A DNA stretch of 64,000 nt from a virus (lineage: Duplodnaviria > Caudoviricetes). Both the position numbers and the translations under genes were made by a program. Where the stretch lies: IMG/VR virus record IMGVR_UViG_3300014039_000538, positions 2,460 to 66,459 of that record; one strand, 5' to 3'. This document shows, one piece after another, positions 45,935 to 54,662 of this stretch. Position 1 is the first letter of the stretch; every line of letters begins with the position of its first letter. The notes under the pieces are model-generated. The model was not told where the DNA came from. It worked only from the letters and a program-made list of their open reading frames with translations, and made no database searches.

Positions 45935-47540
45935 TGCGAACGCTCCTTAAAACTGATGATAAGGATTTACCGCGCGTTCGGGTCAGCGATGTTTGCGGAA
46001 TATTTGAGGGTTCTATATTGCCGTTATTCAATGTTACCACTGAATCGTTCTTTTTTCTAGCATATTCGGCGTAAAAGTTCGGTTCAATCTTTTTACCGTC
46101 TGTTGCGTAACTTGCCAACGCCCACGCCCAAAAACTATCGGCGTGTCCTTTTTCGTTTCGTTCAGCGTCATATCTAAAACTACCGCCACTTGACGGCGTT
46201 CTTTTTATGCTATGAATCTGCGCATGAAAATCACGGTCGTTATCAAGTTCGTATTCCCGGCGTTCAAGTCCAGTTCTTACGCCCATAGCAAGTATTTCTT
46301 TTGACTGTAAATCAAAGTGATACAGTTCCGCGCGCTCTCCATATCTTTTATGCGCATTTTCCGCAAGATTGCGCCCTATACCGCCGTCGTCAATGCAGCA
46401 ACGATAAATAGGCAAGTTTTCCATGAGTTTATTTAATACGGCGGTCTGCGCGTCAAAATCGGCGTTTCTCATTTCGTGCCTTAAAACGCTTCTTTTCTTG
46501 CCGTTGAATACTCCGATGATATAAAAAACTGTAGCGTCGGAAGTGCGTCCAATATCAAGCCCCATAAATAAAGGTGAGCCGTATTTTTCCGGGCTATAGT
46601 TCAAAATAAGGTCGTCGGCATTCCTGAAACAATGGATTTCCACATCACGCTTCGCATTAAAATAATCTTCGTCTTTGTCGATATTCGCCGGTATGTCTTC
46701 TTCTCGTCTGCCGGGTGTATTCGCATAAATCAATTCAAGTGAAATATAACTTGCGCTTGAATCAATAAATACACATTCACATTCCTGCTGAAAATCTTCA
46801 AGCGTAGAGTTCTGAAATAGCGAAATAAGGCGGTCAGTTCCAAAATGCTCTACGCGCTCGGCGGTCTCCATTTCTTTAGCAAACTGCACTGCGCCGCGTA
46901 CATCTTTGCACATTACTTTTGCATACCACCACGGAATAAAATAGCGGTCAAAGTTCGGATAACTCTCTCTACTCGTGCATATCTCATAAAACTTGCCGAT
47001 AGTTCCTAAAGGCGTGCTGCCTACTTCAATGCAGCCACGGCGCAAGGTACAGAATGAAGCTGCGGTATAGATTTCTTTTGAAAGCCGCGGTAAATAAATT
47101 GCAAACTCATCAAGGCATACATCGCCGTTTTTACCTCGCGGCGGTCTACACGGTAAACTGATTAAACGGCTTGTAGTTTTACTTCCTACATCTTCAAACT
47201 CTAGCATTGTTGCCGTTTGGTGTACTAATTTCTTTTTGTAGCGGTTCGGAATTGAATCATAGAATTGCCGCGCATATCTGATTTTTTCCTGCGCGTCCTC
47301 TTCGTTATATGAAACAAACTGCTTTGTGTATTGAGTTCTTGCCGGGTCTAATGCTTTTACAAGTCCTTTAATTGCGACTACAAAAGAAAAGCCGGTCTGT
47401 CTGCTTTTAAGAAGGCTTATATATCTATTGCGATTCCTGATAAAATCGTCCTGCCAAAAGTCCAGTTCAATATCTTTGTGGTCGTACTTCATAAAGGCAT
47501 AGACATAGTTCAATTTTTCTTCAGGCGTCCATAATTCCAT
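45921..47540 (-). CDS. Terminase large subunit
   Basis: KSRQTGFS Walker A, VCLDEFA Walker B, GLDIGR nuclease motif, HADSFWA. Confidence 0.92.
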   Translation of the reverse strand: MELWTPEEKLNYVYAFMKYDHKDIELDFWQDDFIRNRNRYISLLKSRQTGFSFVVAIKGLVKALDPARTQYTKQFVSYNEEDAQEKIRYARQFYDSIPNRYKKKLVHQTATMLEFEDVGSKTTSRLISLPCRPPRGKNGDVCLDEFAIYLPRLSKEIYTAASFCTLRRGCIEVGSTPLGTIGKFYEICTSRESYPNFDRYFIPWWYAKVMCKDVRGAVQFAKEMETAERVEHFGTDRLISLFQNSTLEDFQQECECVFIDSSASYISLELIYANTPGRREEDIPANIDKDEDYFNAKRDVEIHCFRNADDLILNYSPEKYGSPLFMGLDIGRTSDATVFYIIGVFNGKKRSVLRHEMRNADFDAQTAVLNKLMENLPIYRCCIDDGGIGRNLAENAHKRYGERAELYHFDLQSKEILAMGVRTGLERREYELDNDRDFHAQIHSIKRTPSSGGSFRYDAERNEKGHADSFWAWALASYATDGKKIEPNFYAEYARKKNDSVVTLNNGNIEPSNIPQTSLTRTRGKSLSSVLRSVRNGNR

Positions 47541-47546
47541 TTTTCG

Positions 47547-48362
47547 CTAGTCCTCTTCCTCGCGCGTAATTGCGCCGATTGCTGCCAGTTCCGACATTTC
47601 AGCCGTCTCGCGGTTCTGCTTAATAACCTTTGTTTTTACCTGCAATTTCTCGCCGATAATCTCCGCCGTCGTTTCAATGTCAAAATCGTTGCCGTTGTCT
47701 TCGGTGTCTTTCAGGTCTTTATAAATCTTCAAAAGTTCATTTTCTGTCTGTGTTTTAGAAGGTATTTTGTAATGCGGTATGCTTCTTTGTCCTACAAACT
47801 CAACATCTTCAATAAGTTCTTTTTGTTCTTCCGTAAGTTCTTCCGGCGTTTTAATCATCGCGTTTACATACTCAAAACCTTCATCGGTTATCTTGCGTTC
47901 AATGTTGTAAAACTCTTCCGCTCTCATGTTCAGGCGCGCTTGTTTGCGTTCAATAATTGCCTTTACGGTCGATTCTAGGTCAAGTTTAGTAAAGTTCTTT
48001 AATAATTGAGTGTTAATATTTTTAATCTCCGCAAGAATCAGCGGATTTTTAAGAAGTTGTCCGGCTTGTGTTTTAGCGGTCTTTTCTGAATAACCGGCAA
48101 GTCTAGCGGCTTCTGCTGCATTTTTTTTCAAGCTGCTTTGATTTGCATAATGAAATACAAATAATCTTTGAGCGTCGGTAAGATTCTGCGTCCACTTCAA
48201 TTCAGAATCAAGATTTATGTATTTACTGCCGTTATTGATTATTGCAATAAGAGGTAATTTGTCTTTTTTATTCTTTGCCGGTGTTTTTCTCTTTTTCGAT
48301 ACTTCGGGAATTGTATTGATTGAATTGTCAATAGAATTATTGTTTGTTGTTGCTTCGTTCAT
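47547..48362 (-). CDS. Terminase small subunit
   Basis: LTDAQRLFV..Y......NAAEAARLAGYSEKTA...GQLLKNP. Confidence 0.85.
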   Translation of the reverse strand: MNEATTNNNSIDNSINTIPEVSKKRKTPAKNKKDKLPLIAIINNGSKYINLDSELKWTQNLTDAQRLFVFHYANQSSLKKNAAEAARLAGYSEKTAKTQAGQLLKNPLILAEIKNINTQLLKNFTKLDLESTVKAIIERKQARLNMRAEEFYNIERKITDEGFEYVNAMIKTPEELTEEQKELIEDVEFVGQRSIPHYKIPSKTQTENELLKIYKDLKDTEDNGNDFDIETTAEIIGEKLQVKTKVIKQNRETAEMSELAAIGAITREEED

Positions 48363-48522
48363 CGGTCTTTATATCCTCTTTGCATTTATGGAGCGGATAA
48401 CCTATAAACTTATGTCCGTTATCGTTCACCACTTCCAGTGGTACACTCTCACACACTACCTGTGCGTTATATCCTGTAGCGATGTATTTAATGTTTGCGC
48501 CGCATTTCGGGCATTTCTGCAT
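48337..48522 (-). CDS. Small zinc-ribbon protein
   Basis: MQKCPKCG...HKC; likely start 48522 behind GGGGG. Confidence 0.55.
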   Translation of the reverse strand: MQKCPKCGANIKYIATGYNAQVVCESVPLEVVNDNGHKFIGYPLHKCKEDIKTDERSNNKQ

Positions 48523-48524
48523 GA

Positions 48525-48857
48525 TTACGCCCCCAAAAAATTTTTTAGGGTCTCGCCTTTGTATGTTCTGCTGTAAGAATAATCTGTGCACTTGCCGGAA
48601 TCAAAAACGAAAACCACTGCGCCATTAAAATAGCGGTCTGCTGCGGTTTTGAGATAGTCGGCTATAAGCTGCTCGCCTTTTGTGTTTTTTGTTGTTGGTA
48701 AATCGTGTTTGTTCGCTTCGTTCACGGCTACAATGTTGCCATTTTCAAAAGATAATTTAACGCTGCCGGTAAAGTTTGAAGTTTGCTTTTCGTTAAGATA
48801 CTCAACGATACAATTAAAACGGATTTTCACTTTTCCACCCATTTTATTTTGTATCAT
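48525..48857 (-). CDS. Hypothetical protein with two DUF2292-like units
   Basis: FTGSVKLSFENGNI and FNGAVVFVFDSGKC. Confidence 0.5.
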   Translation of the reverse strand: MIQNKMGGKVKIRFNCIVEYLNEKQTSNFTGSVKLSFENGNIVAVNEANKHDLPTTKNTKGEQLIADYLKTAADRYFNGAVVFVFDSGKCTDYSYSRTYKGETLKNFLGA

Positions 48858-48906
48858 TGGTCAGAATGATACTTTAGAAATTTTTTGAAAGTTCTTTTTG
48901 CCTGTT

Positions 48907-48935
48907 ATTCTACCCTGTCGGGTGTTAAAAATCAA
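48907..48935 (-). promoter_or_regulatory. Putative sigma70 promoter for the packaging operon
   Basis: TTGATT-N17-TAGAAT; 8-bp inverted repeat GTATCATT/AATGATAC downstream (48851-48872). Confidence 0.5.
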
Positions 48936-48963
48936 TCATTCATTTTAATTGTTGCCCATTTTT

Positions 48964-49353
48964 TTAAGATTCCCGGAAAATGTATTCAGGATATTGCCAT
49001 TGTACCAGTGCTTTTTTAAGACTGTAAACGGCGTTTTTTCGTGTAATAGGACTTTTTACATCTTCAATGATTTTCTTTCCGCCCTCGCTATACGTGAAGT
49101 CCGCAATATAAAATCTTTCTCTCCTGTTTCCGCCAAATTTCGGACAAATTGAAAACTTTACTTGTCTCTTCAAGTCAGATACAAGTCCTGATTTTTCCAA
49201 TATCAGCAATTCGCTATAACGTGCCGATTCTTTTTTTGAATCAAAGGTTATGCCGTTTACCGTTGTTTTTTTGTTGCCGTATTTCGGTCGTCTTTTGCTC
49301 TTTCCACCCTCGCTTTGTTTGCTTTCGCCACACCATATCGGAATTCTGTTCAT
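48964..49353 (-). CDS. DUF1064-like PD-(D/E)XK endonuclease
   Basis: KYGNKKT..NGITFDSKKES.RY...YIADFTY...IIEDVKS. Confidence 0.8.
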   Translation of the reverse strand: MNRIPIWCGESKQSEGGKSKRRPKYGNKKTTVNGITFDSKKESARYSELLILEKSGLVSDLKRQVKFSICPKFGGNRRERFYIADFTYSEGGKKIIEDVKSPITRKNAVYSLKKALVQWQYPEYIFRES

Positions 49354-49515
49354 TTTCCCACAAGCCCCCGTGCTATTTTTGTTTGAAAATCATCAAAATG
49401 CTTTTTGATTTCCCTGTGCGCTTCTTCCGCATTCATTCCGTCAAAGCAGTAGTCGCCGCTTATGCTCCGCCATGGGCATCTCATCTTCTTTCATTTCTTG
49501 TCCCCTATTTGATTT

Positions 49516-49677
49516 TTATTTTCTGTTAAAGGCTAATTCGCATAGCGATTCTATCTTCTCGTATGCCTCAAGATATTTGTCGTGAACGAAATACCCTTCT
49601 GTGTCATGTATCATAAAATAGTCTGCAAGCTCCTCTATACTGCCAGAATTGGCTGCTTTCCATTCGTCAAAAGTCAT
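49516..49677 (-). CDS. Small hypothetical protein (53 aa, below ORF-track cutoff)
   Basis: Translated by hand: MTFDEWKAANSG...; ATGA overlap with the upstream gene. Confidence 0.5.
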   Translation of the reverse strand: MTFDEWKAANSGSIEELADYFMIHDTEGYFVHDKYLEAYEKIESLCELAFNRK

Positions 49678-49940
49678 ATCCTAAACTCCCATTTGTCATA
49701 GTTATTGCAGACGTTGCAAGGCTCTCTAAGCTCGTCCTTGGACTTATCCAAGATTTCCATTTCTAAACCTTTTAGCCAGTGCTTGCACCTGTCGCAGCAC
49801 TTCATCTTCCTGATGAGTTCGTCTTTCTTCTGGATAATCCCCAGCAGCTCGCATTTCTCTTTTTCAAGTCTTTGGAATTCCGTCAGCTTTACCCACGACT
49901 TATCGTTGAAAACCACAACTTCAAGCTCTTCTTCTGTCAT
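49674..49940 (-). CDS. Hypothetical protein
   Basis: Coupled ORF with CDRCKH...CNVC. Confidence 0.6.
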   Translation of the reverse strand: MTEEELEVVVFNDKSWVKLTEFQRLEKEKCELLGIIQKKDELIRKMKCCDRCKHWLKGLEMEILDKSKDELREPCNVCNNYDKWEFRI

Positions 49941-50704
49941 TTTTTGTTTTCTCCTTTTTCAAACGGCTCTATGAAGAACTGTTCAGCATAAGGTAAAGAT
50001 TCCACCCAATTCTTAAAAACAACGCTCCATTCTGTCAGTTTATGCGGATGAACACATCTTTGGTGATACATATTCAGAACATTCTCATAGCTCATTGTCA
50101 CTGTACGCTTCTGCAACCAAGATTCAGGAAGCAAGCGTATAAGTTCTTTCCAATACCGTTTGTCTTTTGTTTCATTGTATCTAACTCTCAACCATTCAAG
50201 ATTCGGTATCAGTGTGCTTGTCCAAAATTCTTCCATACCAAATGATTCATCACTAGAGATAAAATCATCCATTTCAAAACAATCTCTTGTAATCGGAGTG
50301 CTTGCCAGTTTGTGCATTTTGGAGGTTGAGTTTGCAACTGTTCCGACTTTATATATGTCAAATTCGTTCCACCAGTACATAGGTGCAGTAATATCAACAC
50401 TAACAAATACTTGTCGCAAGAATTTCCGATGCTCGCTTCCTGCTTTTATCAGCCTTTGAGCAAGGTCTAAGTCGTTCTTACCTATGATGTACAAACTTCT
50501 GAATGTATCAAAGTAACTATCATTATCTTTCATACATTCAGAAGAAGATAACTGATGGTTATTAATGTAAAATGGACAATTTTCACAATTTCCACTGCTA
50601 TCGCTACATTCAAAACTATCACTTTTATCCCAACTATTTTTCGGATTTCTCATTCCACGAATAGCGTGTTCGAATCCCCATACTTCTGTTTTCTCAAATT
50701 TCAT
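49937..50704 (-). CDS. ThyX-like phage protein
   Basis: GFEHAIRGMRNP.NSW.KSDS, SEHRKFLRQ, ANSTSKMH, RC.H.HKLTEW. Confidence 0.7.
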   Translation of the reverse strand: MKFEKTEVWGFEHAIRGMRNPKNSWDKSDSFECSDSSGNCENCPFYINNHQLSSSECMKDNDSYFDTFRSLYIIGKNDLDLAQRLIKAGSEHRKFLRQVFVSVDITAPMYWWNEFDIYKVGTVANSTSKMHKLASTPITRDCFEMDDFISSDESFGMEEFWTSTLIPNLEWLRVRYNETKDKRYWKELIRLLPESWLQKRTVTMSYENVLNMYHQRCVHPHKLTEWSVVFKNWVESLPYAEQFFIEPFEKGENKK

Positions 50705-50909
50705 TTTTATACTCCTTTCTCCTGTAACCATCGCAAAGTCCTAAAGGCTCTACGCAAGTCTCCTTCACCCACTCCTGCCGGTTGTAGCAATAAAGAACAA
50801 CTCCAGCCCTCGTGTATGAGTGTCTGCAATTGTAGCAGCACTGTATCGCCCTCAAGACTTTGTATGTCTCGCGGTCTGATATGGTTTCAGGCTCTCCACT
50901 CAAATTCAT
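50694..50909 (-). CDS. Small Cys-rich hypothetical protein
   Basis: CCYNCRH...C...C...CD. Confidence 0.5.
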   Translation of the reverse strand: MNLSGEPETISDRETYKVLRAIQCCYNCRHSYTRAGVVLYCYNRQEWVKETCVEPLGLCDGYRRKEYKNEI

Positions 50910-50920
50910 CCCTTATGCTC

Positions 50921-51121
50921 CTACAGAAACGCATTGAAATCCTTTTTGAAGACATAGCGCGCGGCGATTCTCAATCTCTGAAAGAAGTTTGCGCTCCGTG
51001 CTTTTGCTTCTATGTATGTCCTCACGTCTTCAAAAGCCGACTTGTATCTGCTGTTTATTGCTTTTCGTATCTGCCTGCTATATCTGCCGCTCATTCTGTT
51101 GCCTCTGGCAGTTCTGCCCAC
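50921..51121 (-). CDS. Hypothetical protein
   Basis: Basic ORF in the accessory cluster. Confidence 0.45.
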   Translation of the reverse strand: MGRTARGNRMSGRYSRQIRKAINSRYKSAFEDVRTYIEAKARSANFFQRLRIAARYVFKKDFNAFL

Positions 51122-51537
51122 GCCTCAAGCTCGCTCCAGTCGTAGTCTTGAAAAAAGAAGCCTGTATCGCCACAGTCAAGAGTATCAACCGCAAAACCAT
51201 GCTTAGTTTTAAGAAGATATTCCTTTCCTTCTTCCGCCGGATTATCAGCTGTTATGCAGCCGTCCTCGTCAGGCTCGTCAAAACATCTCACCCTGTGCCA
51301 TACAAGGGCGGATTTTTTCAAAGATTCATTTTCTTTTGCTAACTTCTCAAGATGATTCTTTCCGCATTGAAGTTCACGTTCGTTTTTCTTGCCTACTTCG
51401 TAGCCGTCTGCTTTTCCTTGGTCGTAGCCGTCTGCATATCCGTCTTTGTATGCCTGCCTTAATTTTGAATTTGCGTGTACGCCGCATACTTTCAGTTCAT
51501 ACACACTCGCTTTTTTCTCTAGCTCTTCTTCTGTCAT
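51091..51537 (-). CDS. Hypothetical protein
   Basis: MTEEELEKK start; GY.DGY..G repeats. Confidence 0.6.
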   Translation of the reverse strand: MTEEELEKKASVYELKVCGVHANSKLRQAYKDGYADGYDQGKADGYEVGKKNERELQCGKNHLEKLAKENESLKKSALVWHRVRCFDEPDEDGCITADNPAEEGKEYLLKTKHGFAVDTLDCGDTGFFFQDYDWSELEAWAELPEATE

Positions 51538-51550
51538 CTTGTTCTGCCTC

Positions 51551-51853
51551 CTATACACACATTAAGTCGCTTATAATTTTCAGGACTTCCTCTTTTGTGT
51601 AGCCCTCTTTCTTTTCTCCGCTGATTCTGTCCGCATACGCGCTTATGTTCCTGAATGTTCTTGCCTTGCTTTCCTGAACCGCGTCCGCAGCGTCAAGGGC
51701 TGCTCTGATGATGTCAGTCCAGTTCTCGGCTTTCTTGTACGCCCTGTAGTAGCGCGGAATTCCGCTGGACTGGTATTCCCTCTCGTTCTCCGCATAGATT
51801 TTCTCGAATCTCGCAAGCTGCTTTCTTGCGAATGTCGCTAGCTCTTCTGTCAT
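51551..51853 (-). CDS. Hypothetical protein
   Basis: AGGAG RBS. Confidence 0.6.
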   Translation of the reverse strand: MTEELATFARKQLARFEKIYAENEREYQSSGIPRYYRAYKKAENWTDIIRAALDAADAVQESKARTFRNISAYADRISGEKKEGYTKEEVLKIISDLMCV

Positions 51854-51862
51854 TCCGTCTCC

Positions 51863-52294
51863 TTATGCTTCCTCTTCAATTTCTCTCCGCATTTTCTCAA
51901 TCTCATCATCCGACTTTCCGTCTATATCATCCTTCACATAAGGTGAGTTTCTGCACGCATTGCAGAACAGACAGGCGTTATGGGTAACCGTCTTGTGGCA
52001 AGGGCAATCGGGAGCACATTCCTCAATGAATTTTGATTTATTTTTGTTTTCATTCATGCTTTTATCCTCCGTTCTTTCCCTCATCACAAGCTCAAAAGGT
52101 ATGTCCGCAAATCTGATGATGATTTCCTTTTTCTTGTTCACCGCCTGATTCAGAAACCACTCGAACGTGGCTTTCAGAACTTCGTCTGTTACATCCTCTT
52201 TCTTGCCGGTGAACTTTATAACTCCGTTATCAAGCTCCTTAGCTGTTCCGTAGTAAATGCGGTTTGTAAGTCCGCTTATTGCAAACTGTTTCAT
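51863..52294 (-). CDS. Hypothetical protein
   Basis: ATGA-coupled ORF. Confidence 0.6.
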   Translation of the reverse strand: MKQFAISGLTNRIYYGTAKELDNGVIKFTGKKEDVTDEVLKATFEWFLNQAVNKKKEIIIRFADIPFELVMRERTEDKSMNENKNKSKFIEECAPDCPCHKTVTHNACLFCNACRNSPYVKDDIDGKSDDEIEKMRREIEEEA

Positions 52295-52548
52295 TGTCTG
52301 TTCCCGTCTAAATAGTGTAAAATTGGAATGTTAGCGGCTATTTTAAAATCAGGCTCTTCATATCTTACACAAATACCGTCACTCATCTGATAAAGCACAT
52401 CTTTCATGAAATGTTTTTCATCAGGATTTTTCTCATCAAGAAGAACCACTATCTTCTCACAAAAAGACACATATTTGAAAAAGTACTCTTCCGCCTTGTC
52501 GGCAAACCTTATAAGCTGTTGTTTCTCTTCTTCTGTAAATTTATTCAT
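52291..52548 (-). CDS. Hypothetical protein
   Basis: Likely start MNKFTEEEK. Confidence 0.55.
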   Translation of the reverse strand: MNKFTEEEKQQLIRFADKAEEYFFKYVSFCEKIVVLLDEKNPDEKHFMKDVLYQMSDGICVRYEEPDFKIAANIPILHYLDGNRQ

Positions 52549-53051
52549 AGATACTCCTCTATTCCGCAAGGGGAACCGTCAAGATAAGTATACGCCTCAG
52601 CAAACTCCGGAAGAGAAACCCATTTCTGGAGATACACAGAATCATTGTCAATGTTTGTAACCAGTTTTTTATTACCGCAAGCCGTCTGCACCCAAATCAG
52701 CGGACAGTACATCGGATTGTTCTTTCCGCTCCAGCCGCCGTATGAGTTGTAGCGTTTCTTGAAGTCCTCTATCATCTCGTCCGTGTCCTTGTATGGGCGG
52801 AACTTCTTTTCTTTTGGTTCTTCAACAAGATAGAAAAGGTTCCAAGAATCATAATCTCCGACTAAATTTTTAGCTAAGAATCTAAATTCTTCGTCTGGCT
52901 TTAATATTTCTTTTATGGTGAAAAAGTTGTCCTTTTTATTATGAATCACACACTGCAACTCATAAAGGTTATCAGCAAAATATCCCTTGCTTCCAATCTT
53001 AACTTCATCAGCATTCAATGCTGTGTAAACTTTGCTCTTGTCAAATTCCAT
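52545..53051 (-). CDS. Hypothetical phage protein
   Basis: MEFDKSKVYTALNADEVKIGSKGYFAD...YTYLDGSPCG; AGGAG RBS. Confidence 0.65.
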   Translation of the reverse strand: MEFDKSKVYTALNADEVKIGSKGYFADNLYELQCVIHNKKDNFFTIKEILKPDEEFRFLAKNLVGDYDSWNLFYLVEEPKEKKFRPYKDTDEMIEDFKKRYNSYGGWSGKNNPMYCPLIWVQTACGNKKLVTNIDNDSVYLQKWVSLPEFAEAYTYLDGSPCGIEEYL

Positions 53052-53071
53052 AATTTGTCTCCTTTCAAATT

Positions 53072-53129
53072 ACTCCGGCGTAAAGCCGGGTGATTCAAGA
53101 TACTTAATTACACGCTAGTCGCGTGTAAT
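53072..53129 (-). promoter_or_regulatory. Two hairpins downstream of VR2
   Basis: 9-bp stem 53107-53115/53121-53129 over the stop codon; CCGGC-GTAAA-GCCGG at 53075-53089. Confidence 0.75.
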
Positions 53130-53828
53130 CAGGAAAGCCGGGGCAACGCCACCGTAGCTATTGCTGGCATCGGCGTTGTTGCTATAACCGATGCTGTGGA
53201 CACCGCAGAAGGCGGTGGAGATCGAGGCGTGCGGCGATTTCAGCCACCACCACCATATATCACTATCATCGTTTAACACTTTGATTCTGTTTTTTCTTGA
53301 CTTGAAATATTCAAGGTCTTCAAACACCTGCTCTTTTGTAAGCAAGCTGCAATCCTTGACATCTACACCGATAGCCTTAACAAGCGCGTTTCTAAAAGCG
53401 TTTTTGAGATAACCGCCTAATTCTGTTTCTTCAAAGTCGCCGCTCTTTACATAATCTTCATCAATGCAGTGTCTGAAAAGAATATTTTCAAAGTTGAACA
53501 AAACGCCGTCTTTCCTTACATCAACCGCAATTACCGGCACGTTCTCAAGATTGATTTCTTCAAAACTTCCAGTCGCTTTTACTGTAAACTTCTTGATATA
53601 GAATCTGTCGCCGACTTTTACATATTTGTCAGCCTCAAGACTGTTGACTGCCTGTTTCACGTCCCTGAAAGTCATTGGTTTTCCGGGCTTTTCAAGTTCA
53701 CTGCTACAGCCTTTTTCAGATTCATTATCTGATTCAACAAAAATGGTAATACCTTCCGTTTCGTTTTCAGAAAATCCGGCAAGTTTATAACCCTGTTCTT
53801 CGATTGCTTTAATAAGTTCCCATTTCAT
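53115..53828 (-). CDS. DUF6273/CLec-like protein; remote DGR target 2
   Basis: C-terminus WWWWLKSPHAS...GVAPAF encoded by VR2; no signal peptide or transmembrane segment apparent. Confidence 0.9.
   Translation of the reverse strand: MKWELIKAIEEQGYKLAGFSENETEGITIFVESDNESEKGCSSELEKPGKPMTFRDVKQAVNSLEADKYVKVGDRFYIKKFTVKATGSFEEINLENVPVIAVDVRKDGVLFNFENILFRHCIDEDYVKSGDFEETELGGYLKNAFRNALVKAIGVDVKDCSLLTKEQVFEDLEYFKSRKNRIKVLNDDSDIWWWWLKSPHASISTAFCGVHSIGYSNNADASNSYGGVAPAFLITRD
53134..53238 (-). repeat. DGR variable repeat VR2
   Basis: 15 mismatches to TR in 105 bp, all at TR adenines; same IMH-like end as VR1. Confidence 0.95.
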
Positions 53829-53838
53829 ATTTTCCCCC

Positions 53839-54357
53839 TTAGTTTTTTCCGTTCACAAGTTCCTGACGTTCCTGAACTGTCATTTCATTCCACGGCTTAA
53901 CCCCTTTTATGTTTAGTTGTGAGAAAATCGCCATTAAGCAACTTTTCACAATCGCATTTCCTGCCTGTTTGTAAAGCTGCGTTTTACTGTTCACTTCCGC
54001 CGCTCTGTTATAATCAGCGTCCGTGTAGTTCATCAGCCGGAAACATTCTTTAGGCGTTAATTTTCTAATCACGTATTTCATATTTCTTGCCTCTATAACC
54101 TTTGGTTGAATCCCCCCCCCTGCACAAGTAGGGATTGTCGGGCAAACGCCATATCTTGAATAAACGCGGTTCGCGCTCTCAAAAGTATGGTCTATGGTGT
54201 TATCCATTTGCCCTATGACTTCTACGCTATTTTGTCTTGTCAGCACGTTCACCCTCGCATTGTTTGCTCGTAAGGTTGGGCATCCCCCCCAGAAAACTCT
54301 GTTTTCTTGTTCAAAGCCGGATTCTTCAAGTAGTCCAAGCATTTGTAACTTAATCAT
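53839..54357 (-). CDS. C5 DNA methyltransferase C-terminal part (TRD-like units plus motifs IX-X)
   Basis: IRKLTPKECFRLM...LYKQAGNAIV; own AGGAG-N7-ATG; G7 (54284-54290) and G9 (54112-54120) tracts. Confidence 0.85.
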   Translation of the reverse strand: MIKLQMLGLLEESGFEQENRVFWGGCPTLRANNARVNVLTRQNSVEVIGQMDNTIDHTFESANRVYSRYGVCPTIPTCAGGGIQPKVIEARNMKYVIRKLTPKECFRLMNYTDADYNRAAEVNSKTQLYKQAGNAIVKSCLMAIFSQLNIKGVKPWNEMTVQERQELVNGKN

Positions 54358-54553
54358 TGTTTAGCTCCTGCACTAAAAGCGGTATATAACCGCCACCAGT
54401 TCCCATTGACGAACATAAACAAGTACAAACTCCGTCAAGTTTTATGCTTTGGTGTTTTTGCTCGCCGCCGATTATCACGAATACTTGACTAGGTTTTATA
54501 TGAAGTTTGCAAAAATCTGTCCGTCTCTCCAAACGCTTTTTACCAGTTCCCAT
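54350..54553 (-). CDS. Stand-alone TRD-like methyltransferase segment
   Basis: GGAG-N6-ATG; QKHQS...GVCTCLCSSMGTGGGYIPL resembles the GVCPTIPTCAGGGIQP unit of the next ORF. Confidence 0.5.
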   Translation of the reverse strand: MGTGKKRLERRTDFCKLHIKPSQVFVIIGGEQKHQSIKLDGVCTCLCSSMGTGGGYIPLLVQELNND

Positions 54554-54662
54554 AAATCACTCCATTTTGAACATCAAATCCAGTTCCAAACCCCTTGTAA
54601 TCTCTCGCCATAAGAGTTTTTGCTACCGTGTTTCCTACGGTCTTAATTCTCTTGTAGTTCAT
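54540..54662 (-). CDS. TRD-like methyltransferase segment
   Basis: VAKTLMARDYKGFG...QNGVI; this frame is open back to the heptamer repeat. Confidence 0.45.
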   Translation of the reverse strand: MNYKRIKTVGNTVAKTLMARDYKGFGTGFDVQNGVIYGNW

